Source: Paramicrosporidium saccamoebae KSL3
Lineage: Eukaryota; Fungi; Cryptomycota
Direction: 5' to 3'
NCBI GenBank assembly: GCA_002794465.1
Contig: MTSL01000048.1
Coordinates: 1,504-33,503, forward strand
DNA length: 32,000 nt
Both the position numbers and the translations under genes were made by a program. This document shows, piece after piece, positions 28,156 through 32,000 of the stretch. The notes beneath the pieces were generated by a model. The model had not been told where the DNA came from, did not search any database, and was given only the letters and a program-made list of their open reading frames with translations. Position 1 is the first letter of the stretch. Every line of letters starts with the position of its first letter.

Positions 28156-31100
28156 ATGTTCAAGAGTCTTTTGGGGGAGTCGTCAAATGTGCGAGTGGAA
28201 GAATACTCGGCAGGAGAAGAAGTCTACTCAAACGCCTCGAGCGCAGATGTTACAGAAACTGAAGAACATGTCACAATACATGCCAAGCGGGAGCCGCTCC
28301 CGTGGTCACTAAGAGGTCCATCATACAACAAGCCACTACCCGGCATACAGGGCTCTCCTATGCCAGGCGAAATGTCCCCATCTCCAATGCCCGCAAGTCC
28401 GTCCCGCAGTCCGCGCATTACAGCACGTGCAGGGTCGCCCTTTGACCAGGGTGAAGGGCAGGCTATCTTTGGATCGCCCAGGCCAGAGGTTCCAATAGAT
28501 TCGGCATCGTCGGTCTCTGCACACGATGCTTCATCTGAAAAAACGTCGTCGCCGGTACTGGATCGTCCATTGAGTGGATTTAACAAAGAGACAATTGTAG
28601 AGACGGCACCGTTTATAGCCGTACCGATCCCCACTACGTTTACACCGCTGGTAATTGTCCCATCAAGTCCAATGGGGTACGACTACGCAGTTAGTCCGGG
28701 ACAGAGTCACTCAATTAGTTCCTTGAGACAGGATTCTGTCGCCAGTCCTATGGCTAGTCCCATGGCTATGCCTATGATTGCCGTTCAAAGTCCGTTGAGT
28801 GCTGCACATGAGCGGAGTCCATATGTTAGCCCGGTACACGTGCACACCCCCGAAATTGTGCCAAATGCGTCACAGAGCGGTGTTTCGCCGTTAGATTTGA
28901 ATGCAGGTCTGGATTCTAACAATGGGACGACTAGTCCTGCGCCGTCTTTAACGCTGGGAGAATTGCCAAGGGCTAGTCCGGCCCCATCGCTAAAGGCGCT
29001 GGAAGAGGGACGGTCTCCAGAAGCATTGAAACAGACAACTGCATTGCTTGGAGATAAACGGAGCCATTCACCATTTGACTCGCCCTCACAGCATGCAAAA
29101 AAGCAGCCTAAATTGGCTTTGATCGATCGAGAAAGATCTGAGAAGCTTTACAGGCACTACTGCAACGACTGGAGAGTTGAGCGGAAATATCGATCAGAGA
29201 GGTTCTATTTCCCGCAACTATTTAATGCTGCAAGACTACAATATGCACACATTGTTCGGAAACGAAAGGGAATTCCCCGTGAGTACCGCACAGTTGCCGA
29301 AGATGTGGATCCGGGCGCCATGTATCGACGCGACTGGCAAGTTCAGCGGCAATACTCTGTCCATCGCTACTTTGACCCGCAACTGTTCGATGAGGGCCAC
29401 TTGAAACGGGTAAGGATGCCAATGACGAGGAATCAGAAAAAGAGGCACTTTAAGCAGCGAATGGCAGCTGTTGGGATCACTGACTACACCTCTCCAGGCG
29501 CAAAGTTGCGACTCGATTGGACAGTGTCGAGGAGGTACCCTGTGGAGCACTACTTTGAAGCACAGCTCTTTGACTCGATTATTTCCGCGGGCGATCGGTT
29601 ACGCCAGGACTGGTATACTCTCCGGAAAAACAACTTGACCGCCTACCAGAATGGAGGTCTGCTCGACTTTGTCTATGCGACCCGGAGACTAAAGAAGGAT
29701 CAGTCCATGTTGAGGCGTCTAGGCTCCCACACTCCGGCCAAGTATCCTAAGAGAATTAAGCCCCATTATGACGATCCGGGACAAAAATATCGCAACGATT
29801 GGAAAGTGGAGCGCGAAAACAATGTCCATCTCTACTTTGATCCATCTCTGTTTGACGAGGAAAAGGCCCAAGCCGGAGTCACCTGTTGGAACAAGCGCAT
29901 CTCCGAGCTACTTCACCGTGATATCCCCAATGACGAGCTGGAAGAAGAGAGAAGGATGGCGGAAAAGCAGGAGATGGAACGATTCCTGCTAGCCAAGTCA
30001 GAAGCCGAGCGCATTATGGCCGAAGAAAACACCAGCAACCATCGTCCCCAGGCCATGAGAGAGGCTGAAGTACAAAGGCTACACAAAGAAGAACAAAAAC
30101 GAAGAACGGCCACAGAAGTGACACAAGCCAGAGATTCGTCAACCTCAATATTTGCACTGATAGATTCTCTTCAAAAAAGCAAAGGCGATGTAGACGAGAA
30201 TGGTATGCAGTATGATTGGCAATTTTGGACAGATTTGTTTGGCGACCAGAGCATTGACGGCGAAACACGAAGCGAGGTATTGCGTCACATTCGTGATCCG
30301 CAATATGCAGGCGTGCCGACGGAATTGAGACCGGCTCTGTGGATGTTAGCTTCGGGAGCGGCAGCATCGACAAACATGGATGGCAAGTATGAACTGTTCA
30401 AAGGAATCCCTTGTCCTCATGAAGACTCTATCTCGGCAGATGTCTGGAAAGAGATGGGCTCTCGCGGTTTGAGCGATGAACAGGCGTCATCGTTGCATTC
30501 TCTACTTAGTGCCTATTGTAATCATGATCCGGAATGTGGATATTCTCCGGCCCTGGCCTCCATTGGTGCCACTCTGGTTCAAAATGTCTCCGAGACGGAT
30601 GCATTCTGCTTGCTCATAACGATGATGCAAATTCAGGATCACCGGCGGTATTTGCAACCCTCGTTGGGGGGCACATCGCTGTTAGAGTTTCAGTTTGAAA
30701 ACTTGCTTCTAAATCTCGATCCAGAGACGCAGATGCATCTGGGACATTTCGATGTGGATAGCACCATGTATGCTAAAGAGTTTTATTCCACGTTGGGCGC
30801 ACCGATGGGATTAGACATTCATAGCCAGATACTGGATCTTTTCTTCCTAGAAGGATACCCTGCTCTCCATCGACTGGCATTGTTGGCCACAGTCGAGAAT
30901 CGTGATAAAGTATTGAAAGCGGATGGGTTTGTTGCAATCATGGAGATTCTTCTTGGGGATTTGACCATGGCCCATGGGGACTGGACAGCCCGAGATTGGA
31001 TTGTCCAGTCTTGCACACTATTCATTTCTGATGAAGAGCTGGAAGAACTCTTCCAAGACTATCGGATGCACGGTCGAATATTGCATGAGACCCAGATGCT

Positions 31101-31461
31101 CCAGGATCTCAGTCTCATTGAGGGTGAACACGACCACGTCCTGTACACACTCTGGTGGCTTATTCAGGAGATTAAACGCATCTCTCTTTCTCGCGAGACC
31201 ATTGCGTCACAGCTCTATGAGACTGACCACAACTTTAAGGTCTTGCTGAGTGACAAGTATGATGCGATGCATCGTATCCACGAGCTAGAGCAACAATTGG
31301 CCACCAACCAGCACGATCACAATATCGAGATTAAGCAACTGACGTCACTTCTCAATTCCAACCATAGCCATACCAAACACGGAAAACATACCGAAGAGTC
31401 ATCGCAGAGCTACACGGTTCCGACACTCCAACGCGAGAACGAAAAGATTTTTAAAATATAA
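28156..31461 (+). CDS. Large protein: Ser/Pro-rich N-terminus, novel repeat region, degenerate Gyp5/EVI5-like TBC (Rab-GAP) domain, C-terminal coiled coil
   Basis: Likely ATG at 28156. TBC hallmarks GVPTELRPALWMLASG, LLSAYCNHDPECGY, ETDAFCLL, ILDLFFLEG, then a coiled coil. Confidence 0.85.
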   Translation: MFKSLLGESSNVRVEEYSAGEEVYSNASSADVTETEEHVTIHAKREPLPWSLRGPSYNKPLPGIQGSPMPGEMSPSPMPASPSRSPRITARAGSPFDQGEGQAIFGSPRPEVPIDSASSVSAHDASSEKTSSPVLDRPLSGFNKETIVETAPFIAVPIPTTFTPLVIVPSSPMGYDYAVSPGQSHSISSLRQDSVASPMASPMAMPMIAVQSPLSAAHERSPYVSPVHVHTPEIVPNASQSGVSPLDLNAGLDSNNGTTSPAPSLTLGELPRASPAPSLKALEEGRSPEALKQTTALLGDKRSHSPFDSPSQHAKKQPKLALIDRERSEKLYRHYCNDWRVERKYRSERFYFPQLFNAARLQYAHIVRKRKGIPREYRTVAEDVDPGAMYRRDWQVQRQYSVHRYFDPQLFDEGHLKRVRMPMTRNQKKRHFKQRMAAVGITDYTSPGAKLRLDWTVSRRYPVEHYFEAQLFDSIISAGDRLRQDWYTLRKNNLTAYQNGGLLDFVYATRRLKKDQSMLRRLGSHTPAKYPKRIKPHYDDPGQKYRNDWKVERENNVHLYFDPSLFDEEKAQAGVTCWNKRISELLHRDIPNDELEEERRMAEKQEMERFLLAKSEAERIMAEENTSNHRPQAMREAEVQRLHKEEQKRRTATEVTQARDSSTSIFALIDSLQKSKGDVDENGMQYDWQFWTDLFGDQSIDGETRSEVLRHIRDPQYAGVPTELRPALWMLASGAAASTNMDGKYELFKGIPCPHEDSISADVWKEMGSRGLSDEQASSLHSLLSAYCNHDPECGYSPALASIGATLVQNVSETDAFCLLITMMQIQDHRRYLQPSLGGTSLLEFQFENLLLNLDPETQMHLGHFDVDSTMYAKEFYSTLGAPMGLDIHSQILDLFFLEGYPALHRLALLATVENRDKVLKADGFVAIMEILLGDLTMAHGDWTARDWIVQSCTLFISDEELEELFQDYRMHGRILHETQMLQDLSLIEGEHDHVLYTLWWLIQEIKRISLSRETIASQLYETDHNFKVLLSDKYDAMHRIHELEQQLATNQHDHNIEIKQLTSLLNSNHSHTKHGKHTEESSQSYTVPTLQRENEKIFKI
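29158..29856 (+). repeat. Five copies of a 23-aa protein motif (Y/L)RxDWxVxRxxxxxxYFxxQLFD
   Basis: Copies at 29158-29226, 29323-29391, 29506-29574, 29599-29667 (divergent) and 29788-29856, all in the TBC ORF frame. Confidence 0.85.
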
Positions 31462-31472
31462 AAATGGGAGAT

Positions 31473-31890
31473 TTGTAGTAAAGATTTGCTATCATGCGAA
31501 GCTAAAAGTGTGACGTAGAAGACTGATTAGTAGGTCTTTTGGAAATAGTTCTCTAGTTTGGAGAAGAGATAATCAGAACAATCGATGAAGGATAACGAGG
31601 TCTTTACCATTTGGGGGTTATGTTATTTGTGACTATAAAAGGGTCGTTAGATTGACTGAATAAATTCTCTTCTCGTCCCATCTCGTCTCTTCTCGCCTAA
31701 ACTGGGCCGTGGTATTATCCCCACTACGCGACAAAAGGATCCTTAAAGTACAAACGTGTGATTTCTTAGTAGGCTTGCAGTAAAGAATTGCTGTCACGCG
31801 AAAACGAAAGGATTTTCAGAATAAAAATATGTGGGAATTGTAGTAAAGGTCGTTTTATCCCCGAGTAGTAGACATTGTAGTAAAGTCCCT
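31473..31890 (+). repeat. Degenerate tandem array with TTG(T/C)AGTAAAG heads, interrupted by the LTR
   Basis: Heads at 31473, 31775, 31838 and 31875. 31473-31508 aligns to 31775-31810 with 8 mismatches in 36 nt. Confidence 0.6.
31509..31733 (+). mobile_element. Solo LTR-like element, copy 2 (225 bp), 4-bp TSD AAAG
   Basis: Same TGTGACGTAG...CTACGCGACA termini as copy 1. AAAG at 31505-31508 and 31734-31737. Contains ACTATAAA and AATAAA. Confidence 0.85.
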
Positions 31891-31914
31891 TGAGCCCTGA
31901 TCTATGATTAATCG

Positions 31915-32000
31915 TGTGGCGTAGAGGATTGACTAGTTGGCTATGTGGCGTAGAGGCAGAGGGTTGATTAGTTTAGATAAGACCTAGTTGCTGGGTATTT
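31915..32000 (+). mobile_element. 5' ends of further, diverged copies of the same LTR-like family (truncated by the window edge)
   Basis: TGTGGCGTAGAGGATTGACTAGT (31915-31937) differs from the LTR start TGTGACGTAGAAGACTGATTAGT by 4 transitions. TGTGGCGTAGAGG recurs at 31944-31956. Confidence 0.55.

Noticed and set aside
458-31733. Two same-orientation LTRs bracketing 31 kb, read as one giant cargo-carrying element
   Set aside because: Each copy has its own matching TSD (CAAT/CAAT and AAAG/AAAG), the outer flanks do not match each other, the central segments differ, and the interior is housekeeping genes with no gag, pol or integrase.

Overview
This is a gene-dense eukaryotic chromosome segment, not a prokaryotic one. 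It holds about 21 protein-coding genes, many separated by only 5-140 bp, and I could reconstruct 25 spliceosomal introns by hand, all 29-38 nt long. The gene content is fungal/opisthokont-like. Together with the compaction and tiny introns, this suggests an early-diverging fungal parasite of the Rozellomycota/basal-microsporidia type, such as Paramicrosporidium (inference, not verified). Recognisable genes: dephospho-CoA kinase, DPM2 (missed by the ORF track), COP1, ADA2, arginase, SYG1/XPR1, UFD4/TRIP12-type HECT ligase, ACMSD, a Whi3-like RRM protein, PHYHD1, BRL1/BRR6, SRPK/Sky1, a GRIP golgin and a TBC protein. Two solo-LTR-like elements (TGT...ACA, each with its own 4-bp target-site duplication) sit near the window ends. 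The best novelty candidates are: (1) an apparently undescribed ~23-28-aa repeat (DW-x-V-x-R...YF-xx-QLFD, 5 copies) fused to a TBC domain that lacks both catalytic fingers; (2) a secretory-pathway protein with four Cys-Pro-Phe motifs and a His-rich tract; (3) a secreted protamine-like polybasic protein; (4) an intron class defined by narrow length and GTA...TAG ends; (5) GCAU-rich repeats on both flanks of the Whi3-like gene. No rRNA, tRNA or CRISPR array could be supported.
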